Part shown: positions 11,182-25,914 of the stretch, one piece after another
How positions within the stretch are numbered: the stretch's first letter is position 1
How the letters are laid out: each line of letters begins with the position of its first letter
From: Octopus sinensis
Lineage: Eukaryota
DNA: 64,000 nucleotides
Direction: 5' to 3'
NCBI RefSeq assembly: GCF_006345805.1
Contig: NC_043002.1
Location: 69,688,001-69,752,000, forward strand
Translations under genes and position numbers: made by a program
The notes under the pieces: model-generated
What the model was told of the DNA's origin: nothing
Database searches by the model: none
What the model saw: the letters and a program-made list of their open reading frames with translations, nothing else

Positions 11182-11237
11182 TACTGCTACTGCTACTGCT
11201 GCTGCTGCTGCTGCTACTACTACTACTGCTGCTGCTG

Positions 11238-11292
<55 letters not shown>
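11145..11292. repeat. (CTA/CTG)n trinucleotide tract
   Basis: Visible directly. Confidence 0.95.
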
Positions 11293-11294
<2 letters not shown>

Positions 11295-13499
11295 TTGTGG
11301 CTGTTGCTGCAGATGGTCTATTATTATCACCTTAATTTCTGTTTATATGCCTTTAATATTACATAAATATACTTATCACTTCGACGCCGGGTAGCCTTTA
11401 CAACGCGGGGTCAGCAGCAAATATTTACAAATACTATATATTATGTGTTTATAACTATACATAGCTATACACGTGTCTGTCACACATACACGTTCATATG
11501 TATGTGTATGCATGCGCATATGTATGTGTGTGTATGCGCGCGCACATATACCTCCACAATCTTCAGCATGCTAAAGCAACATATGGAGAATGCATGATAA
11601 CGTTTCCTCGGGTACAGTTCCGTTTTTTAGCTATGCTTCTGACAATAATCAAGCAAATATAAAGTACAAAATATATATATAAAATATCACACGCAAATGC
11701 AGAGGGAGACAGAGGGAGGGAGAGAGAAGGAGGAAAATAAGGACAGAGAATGAGAAAGAAAGAAAGAGATTGAGTAAGAAGGTGAAAAATTTGCTACTTT
11801 AGAGCTGAAAATTTGAAGATAACATGTCTGGGGAAAATTACCCACGGACACCATCCGTATGGAAAAGAAAATGTTAAGTCAATGCTACAACACTTAATCG
11901 CATGACTCACGACAAGAAAATGCTTCCATTAATCAGGATTCCCGGTTCCCTGCAGTGGGGAAAACGTTATCGCAACGTTGAAATCTGACTGAGTGAGGTA
12001 AGGGAGATAAATTCGAAATCTTTGTTAGAATTACTCTTGAAGAGAAAGAAAAACATTTACACAACGAATTATATTAATTAAAATTGGTCATCTGTAAGCA
12101 TGGTGATGAGATTCTGATAAATATCGTTTTCAATATACTTCCTCAGCGATGCAAATATTCGTAACTATATAGGTAATTATAATTTAAAGAGTTATCGGAA
12201 TCATCAACCTTCTATGACTTTACCAGATTTAAGCACTAATGTATTGATGTTCTCTCTACGCGTTGCTTTAATTATAATAATCTTATACCAATACTACCAG
12301 TATTATCTCTGAAGGACATCAGTTCTTATATTCTTAATGATATACACAGTACTGGACTAGATTTTATTTAGGTGTTATTCATAAATCTAGAATTAAAATA
12401 TTTGAAGACATTCGAATGAGAAAAAAAAAAAATCGATCGAAATGTTTAGATATGGGATTATTGAAAAATATTTCCTTTCAAAAGGTGAGGTTAACTTATA
12501 ATTTCTAATTTGGGCACAAGGCCAGCAGTTTTGGGGGAAGAGATTAGTGGATAGCATCGACTTCAGTCTTTAACATGCATTTTTTTTATCAGTCCATGAG
12601 AATGAATGACAAAGTTGACCTCGGCAGGATTTAAACATAAAGAGCTGGTACAAATATCAGAAAGCAGTTTTCCTCGACGCTTAAACGATTCTGTCAAAAT
12701 TTGAGCGATACTCTTATTTTCTAATCCTATTATCTAAGATCTCTGTCGAGATTTGTTAGCGTTACTTATTGGTCTTTATCCCGAGATCAGTGGGGATTTA
12801 AGATATATATGAGCTACAGACATATGATCGCTCAAAAGACTTAATGCTATCTACAGATCGATTGTTTCAAATATACTGCGTCTCCTTTCAACCCATTCAA
12901 CCATTTCCAATCTGATATTGGACGAAACTTTACTGTGACACTGATGGGTTTTTTTTCTATACAAGTTGTAGTCCTACAAATCTATGCTAGTCAAGAATGT
13001 ATAGGAGGGAACTTCAACATGGTCACTCGATCTGGTATAAATAACAACCCAAGCTTCCCTGAATTACACCACATCACCTTATAAAAAAGAACGAAGGATA
13101 CATTGGAAAATGCACACACAAACACGATAAATGGTGAAATGATCACGTTGAAATGTCTTTAATGACAGGTCTCTTCGATAAGTAATTACAACTGTAACAA
13201 TGATAAATAAAATAGAATCCAAATAGACTGCTACTTTTCTGTGTCGGCAAGACTTGTGTTATGTGGAAAATTGACGGAAAAATTACAGTGAAAGTGACGT
13301 GAGCATCGAAATATCCAACGTTGCAGACAGACTTCTTCTTCGGGGTAAAGATGAGAGGAGAGAAAATAAAGACAGACGGTAGAGATTAACATTCCATATG
13401 AAGCTCACGTTGTTTTGCGGTCCCCATCAGTTTCAGACAGTTTTTCAAACGTATAGAGAGTATAAAATTACTGTGTTGTATTTCCATCCTGCCATCTTT

Positions 13500-13530
13500 A
13501 CTCTGAAGAAAGACTGTCCGAAACGTTGGA
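13500..13530 (+). ncRNA. Degenerate minimal hammerhead-like motif
   Basis: CTGAAGA-aaGACtGTCc-GAAA-CGTT; stem I is weak. Confidence 0.35.
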
Positions 13531-13989
13531 CACTTTTCTTTCTACAGCGATTCCATTGTATTCGTTTTGTTGCTTTTCCCAAGTAACATGTATTTTCTCA
13601 CCTATTTGCTAATGTATATATGTATTTATTTGTTAAGGCGTTCATGTATTAATAAATGACCTTTTTAGATGGCAATATTTTTCAGAGAATGTGTAATCGT
13701 ATGTTTCTTCTCTTTTCAGTAGGTTGTTCTTAGATCATATACAGACTGGAAATCATCGGGAGCACACATATGTTAATACAAACGGGAGAAAAAAAACACA
13801 CAAGACAGGGTATAAATAATTCAACTCTGCTCATCGAAAATAAACTGGCTAAAATCGTAATGCATGCCATAATCCGTCAGCCATTTATAAGTTTTCTTCG
13901 TAGTCAGTGGAACGAAGGGAGTACTTGTTCTATGATGTGTGACCAGAGAAATGTAAAACATTTCAGAACAATATTTTTTGCTTATACGA

Positions 13990-14705
13990 AGAGAATAAGG
14001 AAATACATTTATGTGCCAATGGAAACACTCATGAAGAACCACATTTTCCTACACCTTAAAACTATTCTTCTATTAATAATCACATTTACGGATTCCGACG
14101 AAAGCAATATTGTTGCACTTGACATCATCAAAGCATTCGAACATTTCTGGCTGTGAAAATTCCTACTGAATTGCCTGTTTGTGGGCTCTATGTGTCTTTC
14201 TTACTTTGGATCAGTGACTTCCAATATTGTAGTAGAATCGCCGCGTAGCTGATGGAACTCTCGCTGACCCACAGTCTGTTCACTCTGGTAGATCTAAGAC
14301 TAGATTTTATCTCCACCCTCTCCCTCGACCTGCATCTCGTCATTTCCACTCACCAGCATCCATTCTCCTAATCATGTATATTCGAGAGTGTTCGATATGA
14401 AACTTAGATATTTCATGTCAATCCAATTGATTCGTATGAAATCGTACAGCAACACCCACCAAGTCCAGCCTCGAGGATCACATAGTCGAGCTGTTTCCTC
14501 ACTCTGCCTCTTCTGCAGCTACTACAGTGACCTCTGCTCTTCAGAACTGTCCGGTCTCGAGCCACATCCACTCAAGAACTCTCGACTCACTTGTTTCAAA
14601 CTTTCCGTTTCCTTTGTAGCGATTATCTTTGAAACCCATTACTAGACATTTTGACCAACTCTAGCTTCCCAAAACGCCAGACCTTTGGAATTCTCTCCCT
14701 GGTTT
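13990..14705 (+). mobile_element. CR1-group LINE relic (RT and C-terminal fragments)
   Basis: ESNIVALDIIKAFEHFW resembles ALDISKAFDRVW; later SRAVSSLCLFCSYYSDLCSSEL and a ..LWNSLP motif near 14680. Confidence 0.65.
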
Positions 14706-16748
14706 GCCAAATTTTTTCCTGTAGCCGACAAAATGCGGCTGGCGCAGAGGAACATAAATCCCATTAATCTGACTGGTATCATTTCAGCCAACACCTCAAA
14801 CTTCTCACACTTCATGTTCACTTAAGTGCACAGAAATACGCATATTTGTTTAAATATATACAATAATAATCTGTAAATTAAAGTAGCGAGCTGGTAGTAC
14901 CGTTAGCACGTCGGACAAGAAACTTAGCGGCATTTCCTCGCGTTCTAAGTTCAAATCTCGTTGATTATTTTCCTTTCAACCTCAACGATGAAATAAAGTA
15001 CCAGTTAAGTACTGGGAAAAGGTTTTATCAACTTTTCCTCTCTTCTTAAAATCTCATCCAGTCCAAGGGAGAAATGTTGTGATCTTGGTCATATGGAAAC
15101 CGCATAACCGAAATTATAAGTCCTAAGACTAGGAAAAAAGAAGAGATTTGTAAATCAAGTGGATTAACAAGTCATTCTGTAAAGCAACTGGATAAACTGT
15201 AGCACAATTTAATGCTGAGCCAGATTATTTGGTGAACGAATGTCCATTAGTTCTTTTTTGTAAGTAAGGAAAATTTGCTGACTTGATCTTTCTCACAGAC
15301 TTGTAATCATCGATCGATTACAGCAAAAACAGAAAATATAAAAAAAGAAAACCCCGGAAAATTCATTTCACTATTTTTTTCCTTAGTATACGAAAAATGA
15401 TACATACCCTTTCCTCATTAACCCACATACTTGTTATATAATGTGAACGACGGCTCAATATTAAATCGTAATAGAGATTATTTAAAACAATGTTGCACTG
15501 ATTTTAATTTTCAAATGAAACCAGGTCAGAACAAAGATGCAAACATCAGCAATGTCTGAGAGGCAAGTCTTGCAGTTTGTCTGGCATTGCAACTTCGTCT
15601 TAAACTCTTTTCTTTTTTTCTTTCCTCTTTTTATTTTTTTTTCCCTGATTCTTTTTCTTGCTTTTTACTCCTGCTTCTTTCTCTTCCACCCTGCTTGTTT
15701 TCGTTTCTCGTTCCTTTGGGTGAGGCTTCTTATTTTTAGTTTGTCTGCAACATGCAATTGTGGAATGCCGTGCTTGTGCAGCTGAGATCACCTTATGCAT
15801 TGCGCTGATTTATCGAATTTTTGAATTCGCCATGATTTTATGACCCGTTTGTCGTCAACTAAAACCGCCGCCACCTGCACCGCTGCTGCTAACATCAGCA
15901 ATACTCTTACTACTCTTATTACAAACACTCGGCATCTTCCAACACCAAAACACTTGCTACCATCATGCATATTTACAGCTTCTTAACCACCCCGACCGTC
16001 ACCACCACCACCACCACCACCACCACCACCACCACCGACCTCCCACATCCATTACTGCCATCTTTAATTCACCACCACCGCCAACACTGCTTCAATCATC
16101 ACCAACACCACCCGTCACTACCGATAACAACAACAACAACAACGCCAACAATCACATCAACATTCTTCTCTTCACCCCCACCCCCACAACCACCAATACC
16201 AACATCATCAGATGTTATTACTGCTACCGTTGCAGCAGCTACTGATGCCGCCGCAACTACTACTACTACTACTACTACTACTATTACTACTACTGCTACT
16301 ACTCAAAACGAAAAACACGGCCACTTCAAAGATTCACGGCTTCAAACATTTGTCACAAACCACGTACACAACCACACTAAAAAAAGTCTGAAAAAAAAAA
16401 CCAAAAGTAGAAAAAAACAAACAAAAACAAAACAACACCCTACTTCCACCATCCCCACCACCATCAGCAGCGAGCGCCATCTCCACCACTAACAACGTCG
16501 ACAACAACAGCAATAAAAACGACATCTCCTACTGCTAACCCCATCTTTTAGTCCATTACCTCACCTCTAGTCGCCTCTTCTGCCACCCACCATCATGTAT
16601 ATACGTGTGTGTATGTACTCACACATACACATATATACATGTGTATATACACATACATGCATACGTATACATAAATATAATATATATATATATGCATAAA
16701 TATATATATATGCACACATCGACACACTGGCTCAGACACATATATATG

Positions 16749-16839
<91 letters not shown>

Positions 16840-17727
16840 TTCATATATAAATACATATACAATCGTAATCTTCTCCACCCCTTCTTCTACCCAATAACTT
16901 CTGACACTATAATACTAGTTCTATCACCTCCACCATCACCACCAGCCCCACCCCTCTACCACACTCATCACACCTACTAATCTTTCATTTTTTTTTGGTT
17001 TTGTTATATATTTCTCATATTCTTTTTTTTTTTTGGCTATATTTCTCACTGTGGTCGGCACCATCATAACTATTATTAGCATCTACAATAATAAAAGTTA
17101 TAGGCTTCAGCAAAAACAATAACAACATCATTGAGAATAATAAAAAATAACAAGATTAAAACCTGCAGCTACAAAAAACAACAAAAAAGTACAAACAACG
17201 GCATAAATTTCACTATTTAAGTGGTTTTCTTTTTACCATTGTTCACAAAATTCCATTGATGCTTACAAAATGATATTAAAAAAGAAAAAAGGATTTCAAT
17301 GAAAATTAGCATGAATAAAATTAATATAATTATTAAAAAGTTGAGTAATCGTAAATGAGAAAAGACTTGGCTGAAGAGTTAAGAACGCTTCACAATCAGT
17401 CATGAGATTGTGAGATCGATTCCAAAACGGTGCATCGTGGGCGAGTGATATTTTTGCTATTGCATTGGGTCGATTCAACCCTGGGTAGAGTGAAACTGTT
17501 TAGAAGACAGTTGGGTAGATTGCATCTTTGTTCCTTGCTGCATACGTTATCACATTGATTTTTTCCCCCGAGACAGATAGACTTGAATCAGATCTGGAGT
17601 AGAGAGAGCAATAGCCAACGAAAGAACTTTGACAAACCCAACTGATTGATCGGTTGACTGAAAGATTGATCAATCACTTAGCTAATTGTATAAATAGTTA
17701 ACAACCAATTGACAAGTAACCAATCCT

Positions 17728-18153
17728 TTCTACTATAGGCCTGGAATTTCGGAGAAAGGGGCTAAATCGATTACATTGACCCTAGGGTTCAACTAGCACT
17801 TATACACGCAGACGCATACACGCAGACGCATACATATATATATATATATATTATATATATATATATATTTGAAATGCTGTTCACCGTTTTCGCCAGCATA
17901 CTAACGATTCAGCCAACTCACCTTAATTAACAAATAACTAATGATTTCAAATTCTCATACAAGGCCAGAAATTTCGGGGTGGAAGTAAGTCGATTACATC
18001 GACCCGGTTGCTCAGCTAATACTTTTTAATCTACCCCAAAAGGATGAAAGGAAAAGTCGAACTCGGTGGAATTTGAATTCAGAACTTAAAGTCGGAAGAA
18101 ATGCCACTAAGCATTTTGCCCGGTGTGCTAATGATTATGCCAAATCACCGCCG
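17728..18153 (-). mobile_element. SINE family B fragments
   Basis: gtcgattacatcgacc..aaaggatgaaagg..ggaatttgaa..aagcattttgcccggtgtgctaa. Confidence 0.75.
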
Positions 18154-18194
18154 TAATTAACAAATAAAGCAGTGAAATGGAACCCATGCAATAA

Positions 18195-18830
18195 AATAAT
18201 GAATTTATTGTATAAAGTGCTCAGGTGCACTACAACTCGTCGGAGACAGATTAAAAAAGAGAAAGAAAGCAGCAAAAATTATGAAAAGACATCAATGAAA
18301 ACCAAAAGTATACACATAGGATACACAACATAGAACACAAAAAAGGCAAAAAAGTGAATAGTAAAAGAGCCATAAAGAGGCAAGCGCGCTTAGACACGTC
18401 CTTGTAGGCAAATTTCGGGAAACAAGGAATTTTTGCAAGATGCAGTGTCCTAACAGCTAACAATCAATACGGGTAATTTATTCTATGTTTCTATCCATGG
18501 GTAGTAAAGGTATTGAACTAAAAATGGTGAGTAATCTTGCAAGCTTCTGCCAAGTCAGCTACTAGATGTCGAAGCCCTCAGAAGTTAGACGTTTATGAAA
18601 TGGAAAGTGACTAACAGAGGGTATTCGTCTAGTTGTACGTTTCTGGAGAGCTTCCAGTGGATCGATAATCTGGACAATATAGGGTTCGAGACTAGAGATG
18701 TAAGCTGTATGGACCTATCATAGCCACATACAGCTTTAAATAGATAACTGTTGAATGGCTGATAAAGGTCATACCGAGTGACGCTAAAATGCTGAAACAC
18801 CTCCGGCCTTTTTGACAAAATGCAAATCCC
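18195..18830 (-). mobile_element. CR1-like LINE 3' relic
   Basis: Minus-strand frames give LKLYVAMIGP..IDPLEALQKRTTRRIP; 3' end ..gtgcacctgagcac..aataaattcattattt. Confidence 0.6.
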
Positions 18831-18944
18831 CAGACACAGTTTATTAAAGGTACACAGATTTGAGGGATACCTTAACGCTTATACGCTAATTCAGTCAGTA
18901 CTGACAGACATCCATTTATTTTTAGTTATAAATGAAATCTCTTA

Positions 18945-20270
<1,326 letters not shown>

Positions 20271-20651
20271 GTATTTTGGGAGGAGCATTCTACTGACAAA
20301 AACGCATGCAGTGGTTGTTGCTCACTTCTTTACTTTTAGTCAATTAATTAATTAACAAGTTGTGATTATTGATTGGTCTATCAGAGCCTTCTTCAGCACA
20401 ATTATCCTTTCAAATATCCTCGTTCTGCACGCTTCTAATGTATAAAGGTTATACATCCTTTTTGAGATGCATAAATATCCCACCTTTTCATATCTACATG
20501 CATACATATATATCATACTTTCTCTTGACCCTTCCACTCAATCCATGGACATACACGGTGTGCATCCGGTTCTATAGAAAAGAAACCTCTTTGTCCATGC
20601 CGACTGCTCGTTTATTACCTTCATTTTCAGTATCTAAAAACGATGTTGATA

Positions 20652-20815
20652 GGCGTGGGAGTGGCTGTGTGGTAAATAGCTTGCTTACCAACCACATAGT
20701 TCCGGGTTCAGTCCCATTGCGTGGCACCTTGGGCAAGTGTCTTCTTCTATAGCCTCGGGCCGACCAAAGCGTTGTGAGTGGATTTGGTAGACGGAAACTG
20801 AAAAGAAGCCTGTCG

Positions 20816-20876
<61 letters not shown>

Positions 20877-21098
20877 ATGTTTGTGTGTCTGTGTTTGTCC
20901 CCAACATCGCTTGACAACCGATGCTGGTGTGTTTACGTCCCCGTATCTTAGCGGTTCGGCAAAAGAGACTGATAGAATAAGTACTAGGCTTCCAAAGAAT
21001 AAGTCCTGGGGTTGATTTGCTCGACTAAAGGCGGTGCTCCAGCATGGCCACAGTCACATGACTGAAACAAGTAAAAGAGTAAAAGAGTAAAAAGAGAG
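20652..21098 (+). mobile_element. SINE family A, full length
   Basis: Head with A box TGGCTGTGTGG and B box GGTTCAGTCC, central (TA)/(TG) microsatellite, tail (GTAAAAGA)n. Confidence 0.92.
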
Positions 21099-21139
21099 AG
21101 TCCTAACATCTACTATCATTACATTTGTTTCAATTGGTT

Positions 21140-21540
21140 TTAAAAGGACTGGTCACATTGATGTGGCTGATGTTCATCTTGAGCAGCTGTAAGCCGACGA
21201 TTGTTGGAATCGTGTGGGAGGGAGGGATTTCCAAAGGTTCAAGTTCGGTGAGATTAGGCTTAGGTGTAGCTGTTAGTATCTGAGTATGAATGAGAGACGC
21301 AAAATATTTGCCATAAAAGATAAAGCGTCTCTGGTGGGTCGGCTTGGTTGGAAATCGTATATAGAGAAGTAGACCTGACGATGACAGTTACAGTAGAAGA
21401 CTGAGATGGAGGATACTGAGCGTTTGTGGTCTGGAGTTTTGAATGTATTGATGAGTGAGATGTTGCCAAACAGCCGGATAGCAGTCTTCTAAATGGACTA
21501 TCGGATATTCTAAAGGGCAAAAATACGAAATCATGGTGTT
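21140..21540 (-). mobile_element. CR1-group LINE 3' relic
   Basis: Minus strand gives VSSISVFYCNCH..NLNLWKSLP..VGLQLLKMNI, resembling CR1-group C-termini. Confidence 0.5.
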
Positions 21541-22415
21541 CATGCCTTAACTAATAACAGCAACGCAAGCAATACTAGAATCAAAAAGTTGGTAAAAATA
21601 AACTAAAAATGAAAAAAAAAAAACAGATTCCACACGTTTTGAGTTTCCTCTTTGCGCTTTGGTTTGTCTTTTTTTTAATATTGTTTTTGTTTGGTTTTTA
21701 GAAATGAAATTTTTTTTTTTGCTGCTTTATCTAAACCATCTTGTACTTACTTGTGTTTCCTCCTTACATTTTACTAATTATGTAAACACTATTTAATCTG
21801 ACGATAGGTTGATGCCGCCAACACTTTGCCATGGAGCGTGGGATGCATTTTCCAAGTAACACACACACACGTATGTATGTATACGCGTAGACGCATAACA
21901 ACCATAAACACACACACACACACACACATATATATTTCAATGAAATCTGCTATAAAGTAGCTGACGTGGTGGCAAATGTCGTGGGGTAAGATATAAGCTT
22001 TCAACAAACCAAAACCACGAAGCAGCAGCTTCAGCTCCGACTTAAGCCATTCGGATGCTCTTACTTCGTCCAATGTTGATAGAAAAAGTGCTCCGCAATA
22101 CTCCATTTTCTTTCAATCCTAAGACAAAAGCGTTTGCGTCTAACTAAAATGACAGTGGGACGATATAATGACGTATGGCTGTAAGTTCTCAGACCCAGTT
22201 TAAATTTCTTGCTAATAGTTGCTCCCTTTTTTTTCTCCAAATGTATCTTCACTTTCACAGAAATGTTGATTTGGCTAATTATCACTTGATGGATGTTTTT
22301 GACTTTGAAATTCAAAATAGCTTTATATTTACTGAATATAATCCAGTCGACGGAATTCTATATGGTTTCCGTCTATCCGATTTCACAATGTCTGGGTTTC
22401 ATCCAAGGCTATATA

Positions 22416-22445
22416 CGAGGAAGTGCTGAAAATTTCCTGGCTTTA
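22416..22445 (+). mobile_element. Isolated mariner-like TIR
   Basis: TA|CGAGGAAGTGCTGAAAATTTCCTGG resembles mariner TIRs; no partner TIR found. Confidence 0.35.
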
Positions 22446-22499
22446 ATGCTATCGCGAAGGCCTGGCTGGAGTTTGGACGGCCAATTCTCAAAGTTCTTT

Positions 22500-22720
22500 A
22501 TTTCACGTTGCTTTAGTTCACTCAGCTGGCAAAAATAAGTTGTAGCTGCATTTCAAAGGGCCAGTTTTGTCACATTGTGTCGTGCTGAATCTCCCTGAGA
22601 ATTACGGTAATGTACACATATTTATGGAATGTTCTGTCACTCGCACGTTAATTTTACTAGCAGGCAGTTCAGCTGATCGGATCAACTTGAACCCTCGTCG
22701 TCGTAACCGATGGACTACCA
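22500..22720 (+). mobile_element. SINE 3' part (..tttcaaagggccag..gctgaatctccc..aaccctcgtcgtcgtaaccg)
   Basis: Matches 53700-53830. Confidence 0.7.
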
Positions 22721-22827
22721 CTTTTATATATGTTTATTTCATTTGCTCATGGTGACACGCAATGAGAGTGAAGCCTCGTAGTTGCGAAGCAAGCATTTTA
22801 ACCACTTTGTTATACTGTTCCTACTCC

Positions 22828-23205
22828 TAACCCTAAAACTTTAACACTAAAACCCTAACCCTAACACCCTAACCCTAAAACCCTAACCCTAACCATAAAA
22901 CCTTAAAGCTAAAACCAGTACAAACGCACGAACGATGTCATAAATAACAGTGACAAACGAAAAATATACCGCCGATAGTTGTTGTTGACAAACAATGGCA
23001 GTAATTTTATTCAGCTGAATACACGTCATTGATTGGTTGAAACTACCGAAATAGTACAACTTTAACGTGAAATAACTTCGTAAACTCAAAAATGCTAAGA
23101 GTAAAAGATGTTTTATATGACACATTCTACCAGTGTCCGAAGTTTGAAAGTGTTTAGTTACAAAAAATTATTTTTTTAATCTGTAGGTCAAAAGGTAAAG
23201 ATCCC
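22828..23205. mobile_element. Right half of a GGGATC-TIR fold-back element with a (CCCTAA)-variant core
   Basis: Telomere-like core 22828-22905; arm ~22934-23205 is the reverse complement of 32089-32368; ends in GATCCC. Confidence 0.8.
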
Positions 23206-25914
23206 AAGTAGCTTCTCAAATACACAGCGCTGACTACAACAGTTAACAATGTTACGCATCGTGTCTACTTTGGACTAAGTAGAACCGCCTGTCGAGAATT
23301 AAGCGTGTATCACAAACACATTAATGCGATGCTGAGATACGAACTGTTGATCTCTTGGTTGATTTTCTGGTATCCTTTTCACTTGGTTATATCAATACTT
23401 TGCGACAATATGCAAAAATAATATTCCACTCATGAAAAAATTAATGAAAAAAAGTAACAAAAAGAAAAAACTAAATTTATAAAACGCAACTAAACAGCCT
23501 GGAAAATATTATTTTAATTACTTGCGGCTTTCCCTTGAAACCTAATATTAAATTCAGAAATTTGAGTCGTTTAATAAAGTCGCTTTTGTCCTTTAATTTT
23601 TCTTTTTAGTTCCTTCTATCGTAGTTTAGTTGGCACTTATGATAGAAAAATAGAATAATATTGAAAAGAAATAATACAGTCAAATTGTTTCTTGTTCTAC
23701 CCAGAGGATTAATTTATAGAACAGCAGATTGGTTTATTATGTTAGATTTAGCCAAACTGCTTGCCTTGCAAAGGCGTCAAGCAAATTCTTTTTTAGTGCA
23801 CACTACCTACACTTGGTTTAGCAATTAAAATCGCCCAGTGCAGTAAAGTGATTTTGTGCATTTAGTGCCGGACCACGATTTGTTGACGGTGAAAGTATTA
23901 CTAAAATAAGCCTAAGTGTATGACAGCTATATATTATGCTGGAAGCCCAGAGAAATGAAAAGCGGAATTTTATACTTAAGACGTAGAAGAGCGTAGAGTG
24001 GCGGAAGATAAGTCGATTCCATTTAATTAGGCTTGCGAGTTTTTTCTGTAAGAGAGTGGTTTATCTTACCCGGAATACAAGCTCAGAATTGGATACTACA
24101 GTATGACAAGGAAACGTTTACACCGTCTCTCACAATTTCTTACAATTCCATCGACGTGCAGTAGTGAATACTGGCTGGTGGTGGTTATATTTACTAAAAA
24201 TAGCTGCCATATCTCCTTTAAATTACACTCATCCATCTTTAAAAGCAATTTATTCGTTTGACAATGCAGTCCGTAGCACACGGTGTTTGAAAACTAAAAC
24301 TAATATATTTTATAGGTCAACTCGATCGGGCTCATCTGAGGCTAAACAATTACGACTAGAACTGTAACAACGATATCAGTAACAACAATAATAATAGTTT
24401 CTTTTGCGTTGGTACACGAGCACAATATTTGAGGAAGAGTGCAGCATGAGCACTATGGTTCAAAGCAACGTTCATGTTCTCTCGAGGGCATTAATGGTTA
24501 AATCACGCAAGATGGTATCAGCCGATCTCTGATCGCCAGTAAGCTTACCACACATTAGTTGCAATATGGCGCATATGTACTATGATCCGCACATTTCTGA
24601 GTTCAAATCTTGCCAAGAACAACGTTAACTCTCATTCCGCCTGTTGTAGATAATGTATATATTCTCTCAATAAAAAAGAATAACCACAACACAAACGATT
24701 CTACTTTTCAGAAAATCCGATCATACCTTAGTATGGCGAAAACGGAGTTGCGGTTTCGATTCATATTTTGTGCCATTTCACAAACATATCCCTGAGGGCT
24801 TTGCTCGGTCACATCTTATCACTCATCGGAGCGTATCACTGAATATATCATATCAATATTATTAAGCTACACATTTGCAGAATCATTAGAGCATAGGACA
24901 ACAAGCCTTGTAGTATTTCTTCTGGCTCTGTACACTCTAAGTTCAAATCCCGCCAATATCAGCTTTGCTTTCCATTCTGTCTTTTTGGTGGGGGTCGATA
25001 AACTAACAATCCAGGTTCATAAGTTGACGGGATTCTAATAGCATTGGACTAGATGTGTGGCAAAATCTGTTTCTTGAAATGGAATTCAGGATTGCTCGAA
25101 GTACTAAAAATAACAGACACATCTTGAAATTACACACAGCATTCTTAAAAAGGAAGAGCACAATTGATAATGAAGTCCTCGATAAAATGCGTCTAAGAAG
25201 ATGGGATTTTCACGAATGGAATACCTTGGATGGTAACGTTAACCTGCCACCCGGGTTAACACTACTTTGGTCCATGGGTATCTTTGCATGGATTCGTAAC
25301 AGGTCACTGATTTAACCCTGTCAAGTCGTATTCCCGCTATTGTGGGAATAGGTTAAAAGTCCTCTCCGTCGGATTCCCAGTAATACGGTAATGAACAACA
25401 CACGTAGAAAAAGATGCAGCCGATTCTGTCCATTAATTTGCCTGCAATCGTTACTCTTGAGCTGTATATGCAACTATTTTTTTTTTCTCGGAAGCCCAGG
25501 TGGATGGTAAAGTTAGACACAGGGGTTCAGGTCTGAGAGGGTAAAGTATAACTTCCATCTCCACATCATTCTCGGAGACCACGAAAAGAATGAGCGTGAG
25601 TGAGCATTTCCCATTTCTTCCCGGTTAAGAGTTATGTTCGGTGCAGTTGGGGAAGAAGGAAAGTATACACGTACACAAGATATCTTAACATTCTTTAGCT
25701 TGGTGTTTCACTTTAATTCAGCGCTAATGGTGTACGTGTGCCTAGATACAGCTGAAAGCAGTCAAGTCACTACATTTTGTCATGTTTGATATTTAACCGG
25801 CAAGGTGTATAGCCGAGAGTTCTGTTGTAAGAGTGTGTCTGACCCTTATATGTCCTTGTCTATCCTTGTTTGTCCCATCTATGTATCCTTTTTATAAGGA
25901 ATAAAGAAAATTTG

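Noticed and set aside
11929-12005. Exon-like cag|..GAG|GTAAGG segment
   Set aside because: All three frames contain stops; at most a non-coding exon, which I cannot support.
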